Notes: generated by a model from the letters alone, not told the origin. 64,000 bases of DNA from Thermomicrobiales bacterium (GCA_020432165.1 JAGQGU010000001.1:273705-337704); one strand, 5' to 3'; numbered from the stretch's first letter, positions 45,712 through 55,543 are shown. Numbers and translations are program-made.

Positions 45712-46680
45712 ATGCCACGTCCGGAACTTCGCAAAATCGTCTTTGTCGGCTATGCCAATCCGCGTTCTCTTGATGCAGCCAGGGCCGCCGCTCCGGGTGC
45801 CGAAGTGATTTTGGCATCCTCCTCCGAGGAACGTGCTGCGCACATTCCCACCGCCCAGGTGACCATGGGTGGCGGACTCTCCGATGATGAGCTTGCCAGT
45901 GCGATGGAACTCTTTTGGCATCACGTGCCATGGGTTGGGGTGGAAGGTACGCTCTCTCCTGCCATGATTGCGAAGAATATTCTCATCACCAACGGCAGTG
46001 GTGTGAATAGCGCCAATATCGCTGAGCACGTTGTGGCGATGATGCTTGCCTTTGCGCGTCAGATCCCGCGATTTGTGCGGGATCAGGAGCAGCGCTGGTG
46101 GCGACACTGGGAAAATGAGCCGAACTACTTCGAACTTGGTGGACAGACAGTGCTCTGCCTCGGCACCGGCAATATCGGCCAGGATGTGGCCCGTCGCCTG
46201 AACGCATTCGGCTGCGAGCTCATCGGCGCCTCTCGCTCCGGACGGCAGATCGAAGGGTTCACACGCTGCGTCTCCTTCGATGACCTTGCCAACGTGCTGC
46301 CACTCGCTGATCACGTGGTAAGTAGCTTGCCGATGACACCTGGCACAGACAAGATCATGAGCGCCGAACGCATAGCGCTGATGAAGCCAGGATCGTATTT
46401 CTACAATGTTGGACGCGGTGGGACGGTCGATCAGGAAGCACTCATCGCCTCCCTGGAGAACGGACATTTGGCCGGGGCTGGGTTGGACGTGGTCGATCCC
46501 GAGCCGCTTCCGGAGGATCACCCCCTGTGGACGACATCCAACGTGCTCATCACCAGCCACACCAGCGGTAACTCACCGCAGAGTGCTCAGCGCATGGCGG
46601 ATCTGATCGCCACGCAGCTACAGCGCTATCAGGATGGCGAAGAACTGCTGAACGTGGTTGACCAGAGCGCTGGATACTAG
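45712..46680 (+). CDS. D-isomer-specific 2-hydroxyacid dehydrogenase family protein
   Basis: NAD-binding GTGNIGQDVARRL, NVGRGGTVDQEAL, LDVVDPEPLP and the catalytic-His segment ITSHTSG. Confidence 0.85.
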   Translation: MPRPELRKIVFVGYANPRSLDAARAAAPGAEVILASSSEERAAHIPTAQVTMGGGLSDDELASAMELFWHHVPWVGVEGTLSPAMIAKNILITNGSGVNSANIAEHVVAMMLAFARQIPRFVRDQEQRWWRHWENEPNYFELGGQTVLCLGTGNIGQDVARRLNAFGCELIGASRSGRQIEGFTRCVSFDDLANVLPLADHVVSSLPMTPGTDKIMSAERIALMKPGSYFYNVGRGGTVDQEALIASLENGHLAGAGLDVVDPEPLPEDHPLWTTSNVLITSHTSGNSPQSAQRMADLIATQLQRYQDGEELLNVVDQSAGY

Positions 46681-46852
46681 AGCGGGCTCCCATTGGTCTC
46701 GACGCTCCTCGCTCGGTAGTAGCGTGCCTTGTGCACGCTCCAGTAGAGAATTGGATGCTGATCATCCGCCACAGGGTGGCCATGAAGGCCACCGCTACCG
46801 ACGGGGTCGACGATCCGTGTACTCCGTGTCTGTGAAAACCGCTCTGACGACT

Positions 46853-48052
46853 CTACGACTCTCGATGCGCCCCTGGACCAAATGTGCAAACATGGAATGC
46901 CCGATCCGGATTACGGATCGGGTGTTTTGCATAGAAGGTAGCCAGCGAAGCGCGCACCGCATCGACCGCTGACTTCTCGAGCAGGACAAGGGCTGGACCA
47001 CCATTGCCGCCACCCATCATGCGCGCACCCAATACACCCGGTTGCGCTTTCATGTGGGCCACCAGCTCTTCAACCACGGGATCGCTAATATCATAGTCGC
47101 CCGCCGAGCTCTCTCCGGACGCATTCATCAACTCTCCGAATGTCACCCAATCGCTCCGATTGACGGCCTCAGCAGCGGCATTGACGCGGCGTGTTTCGGT
47201 GACGATGTGTCGGACCCGCGCCAGTAGTACAGGGGAAAGGTGCTGTTTCAAGGTTGGCAGAATGTCGTCCCAGAATGGCTCGACAGCGGCGAGATTGGGC
47301 AGATCGAGGTTGTATGCCTGTGCAATCGTTTCCCGCGCCTCAGTCGTTTCCTGAACACGCATGCCATAGGCGGATGTCCGCAGGGAGCGGCTCACTCCGG
47401 AATCGGCTACCGCGAAGACATGATCACCCAGGTGCGGTTCGACGTGCTCAAAGGTGTTGTCGCGACCGTCGAAGCGAATCACCCCGCCCGCGAGCGAAGC
47501 GCTCTGGTCCATCGCACCCACCATCGCACCAGCCCGATGCTCGGCCTCGCGGGCAATCGCAACCATTTCATACGGGGGATTATCATCGGCTGTCAGTGCC
47601 AGAATCGTAGCCAAACAGAGTGCTGCGCTCGAGCTCATGCCAAATCCCGGCGGAATATCACCGGAGACTGCCAGCCCCACACCGCTCCGCACCGGAATCC
47701 CCCGTGCCATCAGCGCGGCAACGATGCCCTTGACGTAGACGATCGGACCGCGATCATCACTTGTCGCTCGCCAGTCAATCAGATCGCGTGGGCTGCACGA
47801 GGCGGCGTCGCTGCGAAGATCTGCCGCAGTAATGCTAATGGTGTCGGCTTCGAGGATTGGTCCGGCAGCCATCAGCATGACACGATCGATGGCTCCAGCC
47901 AGTACCGGACCGCCGTTGTAATCGGTGTGATTGCCGATGAGCTCGATGCGACCCGGTGCGACCGCCCAGCCATCAATGGCCCAGTCGCCGCCGAAGGCAG
48001 AGGCTCCGGCGGACTCGGCACGAGCTTTGAGATGGTGATGGTTCGTCGTCAT
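46853..48052 (-). CDS. Galactokinase-family GHMP sugar kinase
   Basis: Galactokinase signature GRIELIGNHTDYNGGPVL and the GHMP ATP motif PPGFGMSSSAALC. Confidence 0.85.
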   Translation of the reverse strand: MTTNHHHLKARAESAGASAFGGDWAIDGWAVAPGRIELIGNHTDYNGGPVLAGAIDRVMLMAAGPILEADTISITAADLRSDAASCSPRDLIDWRATSDDRGPIVYVKGIVAALMARGIPVRSGVGLAVSGDIPPGFGMSSSAALCLATILALTADDNPPYEMVAIAREAEHRAGAMVGAMDQSASLAGGVIRFDGRDNTFEHVEPHLGDHVFAVADSGVSRSLRTSAYGMRVQETTEARETIAQAYNLDLPNLAAVEPFWDDILPTLKQHLSPVLLARVRHIVTETRRVNAAAEAVNRSDWVTFGELMNASGESSAGDYDISDPVVEELVAHMKAQPGVLGARMMGGGNGGPALVLLEKSAVDAVRASLATFYAKHPIRNPDRAFHVCTFGPGAHRES

Positions 48053-48068
48053 TCCGGGCGTATCGGTG

Positions 48069-48776
48069 CTATCGCATCATGCGTACGGACTTATACGCTT
48101 CCGCCAGCTCGAAGGGCTGATCCTTGGCGAGTTCGGCCGAGCGTTCGCGCAGGCGATCCGCCAGATCGGCTCGTGCGCCAACCTGGGTATCATGGGCTTT
48201 CAGGGCGCGAATCTTGTCATCGAACGTATCGGTGATATCGATGAAGATATCCGGCGACTCCGCTCCGAAGTACCAAATCTCGGCGGTCTTGTGCGGTTCG
48301 ATACCAGCCTCGAGATGCTCAGGGAAGTAGAGGTGATCACGCGCAGTCGGATACACCGAATCGTGCGTGGAGAGTCCGACATTGCGATGATCCGGGTGCA
48401 TGGCATACGGCCGGAAGGGATCGTGTGTGATCACCACATCCGGTTTATGCAGACGAATCTGCTTCACGATCTTTTCACGCAGCGTCATATTGGCTTCGAC
48501 ATAGCCATCACGCTCGTGCAGGAACACGACGTCTGCCAGGCCGAGAACCTGGGCGGAATCTTCGACCTCGTGTTCACGCTGGGATCGGAGTGTCTCCGGA
48601 GTGAAGCTGCGGTCGCCTGTGCCATGATCGCCGGAGGTTACCTGCACCAGAATGCAGCGCTTGCCTGCATTTGCGAATCTCTTGACCGTGCCTGCGGACG
48701 AGAAGTCGAGATCATCTGGGTGGGCGACAACCCACATGTATGTCTCGTACTCCTCGGGTCCTGGATAATCGCTCAT
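48069..48776 (-). CDS. PIG-L/LmbE-family N-acetylglucosaminyl deacetylase
   Basis: VVAHPDDLDF (the PIG-L AHPDD motif) and downstream HPDHRNVG (the HxDH zinc-ligand region). Confidence 0.85.
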   Translation of the reverse strand: MSDYPGPEEYETYMWVVAHPDDLDFSSAGTVKRFANAGKRCILVQVTSGDHGTGDRSFTPETLRSQREHEVEDSAQVLGLADVVFLHERDGYVEANMTLREKIVKQIRLHKPDVVITHDPFRPYAMHPDHRNVGLSTHDSVYPTARDHLYFPEHLEAGIEPHKTAEIWYFGAESPDIFIDITDTFDDKIRALKAHDTQVGARADLADRLRERSAELAKDQPFELAEAYKSVRMMR

Positions 48777-48778
48777 TG

Positions 48779-50101
48779 TTACTTGCCTTTCGTCAGATTC
48801 GTCACGGTTGCTACCACAGCGTCACGATCAATCGTGATCTGTTCACCTGTAGCAAGATTTTTGAGCGAAATCTGATTGTTGGCAAGCTCCTCGGTACCCG
48901 GAATCAAGGCGAAGGGGATACCGCGTCGGTCTGCATACTTGAGCTGGGCACCAATACTCTTGCCGCTGGCCAGACTCTGATCGACATTGATGCCTGCGGT
49001 CCGCAGTTCCCGTGCGATCTCACCAGCTCGCGGCAGAGTCTCTTCGATATGCACCATGGCCACCTGCGCGGTGCTGCTGCCAACCGGGAGCAGGTTGAAC
49101 TCCTGGATCACCTCAACGATGCGCTCGATACCAAGCGAGATACCTGTTGCCGGGATATCACGCCCGAGGAAGGTGCCGACGAGACCGTCATAGCGACCAC
49201 CGCCGCCCACGGAGCCAATCTTCGGTTCCTGCACCTGGGCTTCCCAAACGGGACCGGTGTAGTAATCGATACCCCGCGCCAGAGCCAGATCGATGCGATA
49301 ACCATCGGCGGGTACACCCAATGCCTGGAGGTAACTGAGAAGGCTACGCAGCTCTGCTAGCGCCAGCTTGCCCTGTTCGATATTGCCCAGTTCGCTTTCG
49401 GCAAGATCGAGCAACCCTTCGTTCGATCCCGTCGTGGTGATGATTCGCAGAATTGCATCAGCGGCGTCCGCGCTGGCTCCAAACTCGAGTAGTTCAGTAC
49501 GCACTTTCTCTGCACCGATTTTGTCCAGTTTGTCGATGATGCGGAAGACACCTGCAGCGCGGTCATCCGGCACACCGGCCATGAGTGCCAGCGCTTCCAG
49601 CAGTTTGCGATGATTGATCGCAATCACCGCAGTATCCAGACCGATGGCGCGATAGGCATCCACGAAGGTGCTCACTGCTTCAGCATCGGCCAGCGTACTC
49701 TCGACTCCAACGATATCGGCATCGCATTGCCAGAACTCACGGAAGCGGCCACGCTGTGGTTTCTCTGCGCGCCAAACGGGAGCCATGTGGTAGCGCTTGA
49801 AGGGGAGGGCGATATCGTTCTGATGCATGGCCACAAAGCGCGCCAGTGGCACAGTGAGATCGTAACGGAGGCCGATCTCGCGCTCACCCGCATCCTGGAA
49901 GTGGTACATCAGCTTTTCGTTCTCACCGGCCTTGCCGGTGAGAATCTCCATGTACTCCAACACCGGCGTATCGAGCGGTTCAAAGCCATGGGCTTCGAAA
50001 ACGGTGCGAATACGCTTCATTACTTCCTGACGCAGGAGCATCTGCTCGGGAAGATAGTCGCGAAATCCCTTCAGGATCTGCGGTTTGCGATTTCCGGACA
50101 T
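48779..50101 (-). CDS. hisS: Histidine--tRNA ligase
   Basis: KGFRDYLPE, class II motifs (VWRAEKPQRGRFREFWQCD), GGGRYDGLV and a C-terminal anticodon-binding domain. Confidence 0.95.
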   Translation of the reverse strand: MSGNRKPQILKGFRDYLPEQMLLRQEVMKRIRTVFEAHGFEPLDTPVLEYMEILTGKAGENEKLMYHFQDAGEREIGLRYDLTVPLARFVAMHQNDIALPFKRYHMAPVWRAEKPQRGRFREFWQCDADIVGVESTLADAEAVSTFVDAYRAIGLDTAVIAINHRKLLEALALMAGVPDDRAAGVFRIIDKLDKIGAEKVRTELLEFGASADAADAILRIITTTGSNEGLLDLAESELGNIEQGKLALAELRSLLSYLQALGVPADGYRIDLALARGIDYYTGPVWEAQVQEPKIGSVGGGGRYDGLVGTFLGRDIPATGISLGIERIVEVIQEFNLLPVGSSTAQVAMVHIEETLPRAGEIARELRTAGINVDQSLASGKSIGAQLKYADRRGIPFALIPGTEELANNQISLKNLATGEQITIDRDAVVATVTNLTKGK

Positions 50102-50116
50102 ACGTAACTCCGTATA

Positions 50117-50701
50117 CTAGTTCTGCTTGTTGATTTCATGCACAACGTGCCCGAGTTCTGGCCCGATCAGCTTCTCCAGCGCCAGGCGCACTGCGTTCAC
50201 CGAGCCAGGAATGCTGAAGATCACGGTATTTTCACTCACCCCGGCAATGGCGCGACTGAGCATACTGGCTGCGCCCACTTCATCCCAACTCAACATCCGA
50301 AAGAGTTCCCCGAAGCCGGGCATAGGCTTTTGAATCAGATTGGCAATGGACGCATAGGTGACATCGCGTCCGGCAATGCCGGTGCCACCGTTGATGATAA
50401 TCGCTTGAATCTGTGGATCGGACAACCACGCCTGGAGCGTGTCCAGAATGGCTGCCGCATCGTCACGCACGATTCTGTACGACAGAATATCGTGACCACG
50501 GAAATTGAGATGATCCCGGATAAGCCGGCCGCTGGCGTCGTCTTCTTGTGTTCTCGTGTCGCTGACCGTGAGCACGGCGATACCCACCGACGTCGGTGCC
50601 TCCGCACGGTGCTGACTGGTGCTTTCGGAAAATGGATGTGTTGAGAAATCTGGCACGGATGCGTTCCTTTCCGCGATAACCGTGCGGAAAGTGTACGCCA
50701 C
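50117..50701 (-). CDS. moaB: Molybdenum cofactor biosynthesis protein B (MoaB/MogA family)
   Basis: IAVLTVSDTR.. and INGGTGIAGRDVT motifs of the MoaB/MogA fold. An N-terminal ~35-aa extension has an uncertain start. Confidence 0.8.
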   Translation of the reverse strand: MAYTFRTVIAERNASVPDFSTHPFSESTSQHRAEAPTSVGIAVLTVSDTRTQEDDASGRLIRDHLNFRGHDILSYRIVRDDAAAILDTLQAWLSDPQIQAIIINGGTGIAGRDVTYASIANLIQKPMPGFGELFRMLSWDEVGAASMLSRAIAGVSENTVIFSIPGSVNAVRLALEKLIGPELGHVVHEINKQN

Positions 50702-51076
50702 CTAGCCGATCACGATGGCATTGATGTAGTGACGGATCTCATCAATCTCTCCATCCGGTGTGAGCGAGACACCGACCAGATCGATCCTCCATATCCGGCC
50801 ATCGGCACCCGGCATCACCTGAGTGTAGAGCTCGCCTGTGCGCAGTAGTGTGCTTGCCTGTTTCTTGCTAACGCCTTCTTCGGGATACCCTGCCCAATCG
50901 GAACGTCGCGCCTTTACTTCCACGAAGACGAGTTCGTCGCCTTCTTCCATCACCAGATCCAGCTCGCCGTGACCCATCCGCCAGTTGCTATACAAGTGGC
51001 GATACCCTTTTGCCTCCAGCCAGGATCGCACATGTTGCTCTGCCCTGGTGCCAATGGCTTTACGATCATCGGGCAT
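50702..51076 (-). CDS. yraN: YraN-family (UPF0102) endonuclease-like protein
   Basis: GTRAEQHVRSWLEAKGYRHLYSNWRMGHGELDLVMEEGDELVFVEVKARR shows the typical D..E.K arrangement. ATG 51076 overlaps the rnhB end by 11 nt. Confidence 0.85.
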   Translation of the reverse strand: MPDDRKAIGTRAEQHVRSWLEAKGYRHLYSNWRMGHGELDLVMEEGDELVFVEVKARRSDWAGYPEEGVSKKQASTLLRTGELYTQVMPGADGRIWRIDLVGVSLTPDGEIDEIRHYINAIVIG

Positions 51077-51719
51077 GATTCTTCTCCATAGCGGCGCGAA
51101 TAGGTGCATAGCAAAATCGGTGAACAGGGCAGGGGCCGTGCTTCGCGATCGCTTCGCGATGCTGTCTCGCCGCGTACCCCTTGTGTTGGGCGAAACCGTA
51201 AGCGGGATACTCATCATCCAGCGCGATCATGATCGTATCCCGCGCAACCTTGGCGATGATACTGGCAGCAGCAATCGAGAGGGAGAGGGCATCGCCATCG
51301 ATAATGCCGACCTGAGGCAAAGCGTGATCAATGGTGGTTGCATCCAGCAAGAGAAAGTCCGGCTGGATGGAAAGTGCTGCCACCGCACGTTCCATAGCGG
51401 TTCGGTTGGCTGCCGCCACCCCAATCTGATCAAGCTCATCCGCTTCGACCGTGCCGATGCCACAGGCGCGGGCTCGAAGCGCGATGCCTTCGGAGAGTTG
51501 CGCACGTTTCGTGAAGCTAATCGTTTTGGAATCCTTCACCGTGCACCAAAAGTCAGCATCAGTCAGGATATCGTCCCAGATCGGCAGGACCACGGCACCC
51601 GCCATGAGTGGACCGGCCAACGCTCCACGTCCGACCTCATCCACACCGGCGACGGCAAGGTAACCGGATCGGATCAGATGTACTTCCCACTCGGTTGTTG
51701 GAATCTGAGGGACATTCAT
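51066..51719 (-). CDS. rnhB: Ribonuclease HII
   Basis: VAGVDEVGRGALAGPLMAGAVVL (DEVGRG motif), LLLDA.., and DSK/SIAAASIIAKV motifs. Confidence 0.95.
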   Translation of the reverse strand: MNVPQIPTTEWEVHLIRSGYLAVAGVDEVGRGALAGPLMAGAVVLPIWDDILTDADFWCTVKDSKTISFTKRAQLSEGIALRARACGIGTVEADELDQIGVAAANRTAMERAVAALSIQPDFLLLDATTIDHALPQVGIIDGDALSLSIAAASIIAKVARDTIMIALDDEYPAYGFAQHKGYAARQHREAIAKHGPCPVHRFCYAPIRAAMEKNHAR

Positions 51720-52678
51720 CCGATTTCATCCAGCAAACGCTCAGTGGCCTCGGCAACGCGTTCAAGCGACCCGATATTTCGGGTGAAGGCATTGTAGCGA
51801 ATGTGATCCAGCCCGATGTGCAGCTTGCAGCAGGCGAGTCGTTCATCGGCGTGATCGCCCTGGATGCCAACGAGATCGATGATTGACTCAGCCAGATGCA
51901 CACCTTGCCACTGCGGATACCAGGGCTCCCAGAATGCGAACCAGGCGAGATCGTAGACTGCATCGCCCCACATGGCGCAACCCCAGTCGTAGACACCACT
52001 GACGCGATTGTTCTGCACGTTCAGGTTGTAGTTGAGGGTATCCATGTGGATCAGTTGGCGACTACTACTCAGGAACTGAACCTGGTGCTGCAAGGTCTCG
52101 ACACCGCGTTCAAGTGTCGCCAGCGCCTGAGGATGCTGTTGGAGCGTGTCGTATCGACTATCCTCGCGCCGCTCCAGCACATCCTTGGCGATCTCCAACA
52201 ACTGATCACCGAAGGATTCGAAGCGGCCATTGCCAGCGGCGTCCAGGCCGCCGTAGCCGAGCGTACCGGATGCATCCACGCTCCGCATCGCGATGAGCAT
52301 GTCGGCGAGAGAAGGGATGGTCGCGGCGAGATCTGCGGCGTTCAGATCATCCAGATGTATTCCCGGCACCCTCTCGGAGAGACACCACCAGTTGGAGTCA
52401 ATCTGACCAATTCCCAGTACCCGAGGGATCGGGAGGTTCAGTCCCGCAAACCTGGCGACAAATTGGTCTCTGCGAAAGTCTTCGTCGGTTCTACTGAAGC
52501 GCATGACATAGTCGCCGTGACGAGTGGTGATGCCGACGGCGCTACTCCAGGCGCCGCTGCGAATCGGCACGATCGTATCGACCTCCAACCCCAGGTCATC
52601 GTGCAGAAGCTGACGAATCTCTTCCGGAGAAATCAATGATGGTGGGTCAGGTTTGCTCATCTTCGGATTGTGGCACAA
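51716..52678 (-). CDS. Aminoglycoside-phosphotransferase-fold (APH/choline-kinase family) kinase
   Basis: The Brenner-type catalytic segment LIHMDTLNYNLNV and the downstream VYDWGCAMWGDAVYDLA are typical of the APH family. The substrate cannot be inferred. Confidence 0.75.
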   Translation of the reverse strand: MCHNPKMSKPDPPSLISPEEIRQLLHDDLGLEVDTIVPIRSGAWSSAVGITTRHGDYVMRFSRTDEDFRRDQFVARFAGLNLPIPRVLGIGQIDSNWWCLSERVPGIHLDDLNAADLAATIPSLADMLIAMRSVDASGTLGYGGLDAAGNGRFESFGDQLLEIAKDVLERREDSRYDTLQQHPQALATLERGVETLQHQVQFLSSSRQLIHMDTLNYNLNVQNNRVSGVYDWGCAMWGDAVYDLAWFAFWEPWYPQWQGVHLAESIIDLVGIQGDHADERLACCKLHIGLDHIRYNAFTRNIGSLERVAEATERLLDEIG

Positions 52679-52731
52679 AACAAAACAGTCGGCAGGTTAC
52701 CCCACCGACTGTTGTGCAATTTCTCTGGAGA

Positions 52732-53283
52732 TTAGGCCTCGGTCTCGTCTTCAGCGACCTCTGCCACGGTCTCTTCGACCACTGGAGCCTCGTCCTCAAC
52801 GGCGGCAGCCTCAGCAGCAGCGGCCTCTGCGGCGGCAGCTTCCTCAGCGGCAGCAGCTTCGAGAGCGGCGATTCGTGCGGCTTCTTCCTCCGCAGCGGCG
52901 CGCTCGGCGGCCTTGCGGGCGGCTGCGGTCAGATCGCGACGGCGCTCAACGATACGAGCGGCACGACCTGTGAGTCCGCGCAGGTAGTAAAGCTTGGCAC
53001 GGCGAACCTTACCAAAGCGGGTAACTTCAATCTTGTCGATACGGGGGGAGTGAATCAGGAAGGTACGCTCGACACCGACAGCGTGGCTGGCGATACGGCG
53101 AACGGTGAAGTTCTCCGCAATACCACCACCGCGACGGCGGATGCAGATGCCTTCGAATACCTGGATGCGCTCGCGCGTGCCTTCAACCACTTTGGCGTGT
53201 ACGCGAACCGTATCGCCAGCCTGGAAGTGGGGCACTTCCTTGAACTGCTCCTGCTCGATCGAGCGAATGAGCTGATGCGTCAT
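52732..53283 (-). CDS. rplS: 50S ribosomal protein L19 with Ala/Glu-rich C-terminal extension
   Basis: The core is [66 protein letters not shown] further ~65 aa of AAAEE-type low complexity follow the normal end. Confidence 0.95.
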   Translation of the reverse strand: MTHQLIRSIEQEQFKEVPHFQAGDTVRVHAKVVEGTRERIQVFEGICIRRRGGGIAENFTVRRIASHAVGVERTFLIHSPRIDKIEVTRFGKVRRAKLYYLRGLTGRAARIVERRRDLTAAARKAAERAAAEEEAARIAALEAAAAEEAAAAEAAAAEAAAVEDEAPVVEETVAEVAEDETEA

Positions 53284-53388
53284 GTCTTACCTCTATATCT
53301 CCCGGAAACCCCGGAAACTCTTACATGTGTGCATACATTCCGCGCAAGGGCAAACCACCCAGGATCAGCGGGCACAGCGGATAGTCTA

Positions 53389-55278
53389 TCAGTTGGCGAT
53401 AGGCCGCGACAAGATTTCCGTGTCATCCTCGCCGAGGATACTGAGCACTTCCGCCGCGGTCTCATAGCGGCCGAACGAGGGCATCAAATAGACACCTTCG
53501 GCATACTGCCTCAGTTCCAGCAGAAGCTCCTGGGCCATCCTGATACCTTCCTGTCGACCATTCTCGCCAGCGAGTTGCATGCGTCGACGCGCTTCCTCGG
53601 TAAGCGTGATGCCAGGTAGTTCGTTGTGGATGAACTCGGCATGTTTGGCGCTTTGTAGCGGCAGGATCCCGATCATGACCGGCAGCGGCAGCTTGGGTGC
53701 CCCGAAGACCTTGAGAAAATCCACCCACACCTGTGGATCAAAGATCGGCTGTGTCATCACGAACTGCGCACCGGCCTCGATCTTGCGATGCAGGCGTCGT
53801 GCTTCTTCTTCTACATCGGGCTTGGTGGGATCCACAGCGCAGAGAATGGTGAAGTTGGCGTTGCGACCGATCGAGGTACCAGTGCTATCGGCACCCTCAT
53901 TCATACCGGCGATCACGCGGATGAGCCCGATCGAATCGACATCGAAGACGCCAGTTGAACCGACGTTATCACCCAAACTCGGCGGATCACCGGTGAGCGC
54001 CAGAATATTGCGGACTCCACTGGCATGCGCTCCCAGGAGATCGCTCTGCAGCCCCATCATGCTGCGATCACGCGTCGTATAGTGCAGGATTGTATCGATA
54101 CCGACTTCGTGCTGAATGAGATAGCACATGGTGAGTGCGCTCATGCGCACGCGCGCCATCGGTGAATCCGCCACCGTGATCGCATCCACCCCGGCATCCT
54201 TCAACAACCGTGCTCCATTCAGCGCCTTGGTGGGATTGAGACCCTTGGGAGGCTGAATCTCCACACATTTCAGGAAACGCTTGCCCAGCGCCAGCTTGAG
54301 AGCGCTTGGTTCGTCGGACGTATCCACCAGAGAAATCTTGGCCGATGGAAGGGTTTCGGTGGCTTCTGTCTCGCCACGCACCACCACGGCATCCAGCGCT
54401 TTGCGCATCGCAGCAATGTGTTCATTGGTGGTGCCACAGCAGCCACCGATTATGTCCGCTCCTGCCTCATATGCGTTCACGGCGAATTCGGCGAAGTACT
54501 CGGGAGTCGACGGATAGATGTATCTGCCGTTGGAGATCGTGGGCCAACCGGCATTCGGCATCGCGATGAGCTTCGGTGCGTTTTCCGCTCCTTCGACTGC
54601 CTTGCGCATCTTCTTGAGCACGCGCAGCAGTACCTTGGGTCCTACCGAGCAGTTGGCACCGATCACCTGCACATCAAGCGGAAGCAACTGCGCCACGACC
54701 GCTTCAGGTGTGAGCTGCCGAATGGTGCGTCCATCTTCCCCGAAGGTGACACAGGCGATGACAGGAAGATCGGAAACGCTGCGGATACCGCGTACTGCGG
54801 CCTTCAGTTCTTCGACATCGCCCATCGTCTCAATGAGGAAGCAATCGACTCCTCCTTCGAGAAGTGCATCAGCCTGCTCCCTGAAGGCGGCTTCAGCATC
54901 ATCAACCGGGAGTTGGCCGTACGGTTCCAGTGTGCGACCGGTTGGTCCCACCGAGCCTGCTACCACCACATCCTCGCCGGAAATCTCGCGTTGTTCCCGG
55001 GCGATGCGAACTGCCCGCTTGTTGAACTGTGCGACCTTGTCTTCGAGGCCGTGGGCTTCCAGTCGATATCGATTCGCACCGAATGTATTCGTCTCAATTA
55101 TCTGGGCACCGGCGGTGATCATGGCACGGTGGATCCGCCCCACATCATCACGATGTGTCTCGTTCAGCGCTTCCAGGCACGCATCGTTGGCATGACCTGC
55201 CGCAAAGAGTGATGTACCCATCGCACCATCGCACAGCAGCGGTGTTGTGCTCAATTTGTCAATCAGGGGATTCGTCAA
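53389..55278 (-). CDS. Bifunctional homocysteine S-methyltransferase / 5,10-methylenetetrahydrofolate reductase (YitJ-like)
   Basis: The N-terminal Hcy-binding domain has LLCDGAMGT, GANCSVGP and GGCCGTT. The C-terminal half is MTHFR-like (TTRDRSMMGLQSDLLGA..ILALTGDPP). The TTG start at 55278 has AAGGA 8 nt upstream. Confidence 0.9.
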   Translation of the reverse strand: MTNPLIDKLSTTPLLCDGAMGTSLFAAGHANDACLEALNETHRDDVGRIHRAMITAGAQIIETNTFGANRYRLEAHGLEDKVAQFNKRAVRIAREQREISGEDVVVAGSVGPTGRTLEPYGQLPVDDAEAAFREQADALLEGGVDCFLIETMGDVEELKAAVRGIRSVSDLPVIACVTFGEDGRTIRQLTPEAVVAQLLPLDVQVIGANCSVGPKVLLRVLKKMRKAVEGAENAPKLIAMPNAGWPTISNGRYIYPSTPEYFAEFAVNAYEAGADIIGGCCGTTNEHIAAMRKALDAVVVRGETEATETLPSAKISLVDTSDEPSALKLALGKRFLKCVEIQPPKGLNPTKALNGARLLKDAGVDAITVADSPMARVRMSALTMCYLIQHEVGIDTILHYTTRDRSMMGLQSDLLGAHASGVRNILALTGDPPSLGDNVGSTGVFDVDSIGLIRVIAGMNEGADSTGTSIGRNANFTILCAVDPTKPDVEEEARRLHRKIEAGAQFVMTQPIFDPQVWVDFLKVFGAPKLPLPVMIGILPLQSAKHAEFIHNELPGITLTEEARRRMQLAGENGRQEGIRMAQELLLELRQYAEGVYLMPSFGRYETAAEVLSILGEDDTEILSRPIAN

Positions 55279-55296
55279 CAGTACTGTCCTTTATCG

Positions 55297-55382
55297 GTTT
55301 GGCACTATCGCGATACTGGCGCGGAATTGGGCTGCAATTCCCCTTGCGCCAAACGGCGGTTCGCGTCATGCTAGAGTATCGC
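55297..55382 (-). other. Structured 5' leader with nested helices and an alternative pairing near the RBS
   Basis: The outer helix pairs 55310-55316 with 55376-55382 (GCGATAC/GTATCGC). Inner helices pair 55317-55322 with 55346-55351 (TGGCGC/GCGCCA) and 55323-55329 with 55335-55341 (GGAATTG/CAATTCC). GTTTGGC (55297-55303, next to the RBS) is complementary to GCCAAAC (55348-55354), which competes with the inner helix. Confidence 0.35.
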
Positions 55383-55543
55383 ACTTCAACGAAGAAGACT
55401 GCAGCGATGGTTACAACCATGGTTGATTGACGATCTCATTGATTTCGCGGTACATTCGCGCGGAAACCGGTAGGGTTTGCCCGCACGCCGGCTCCAACAT
55501 TCCCGGCGAATGCACAACCAGATTGCAAGAGGTTTCGCTCCAC

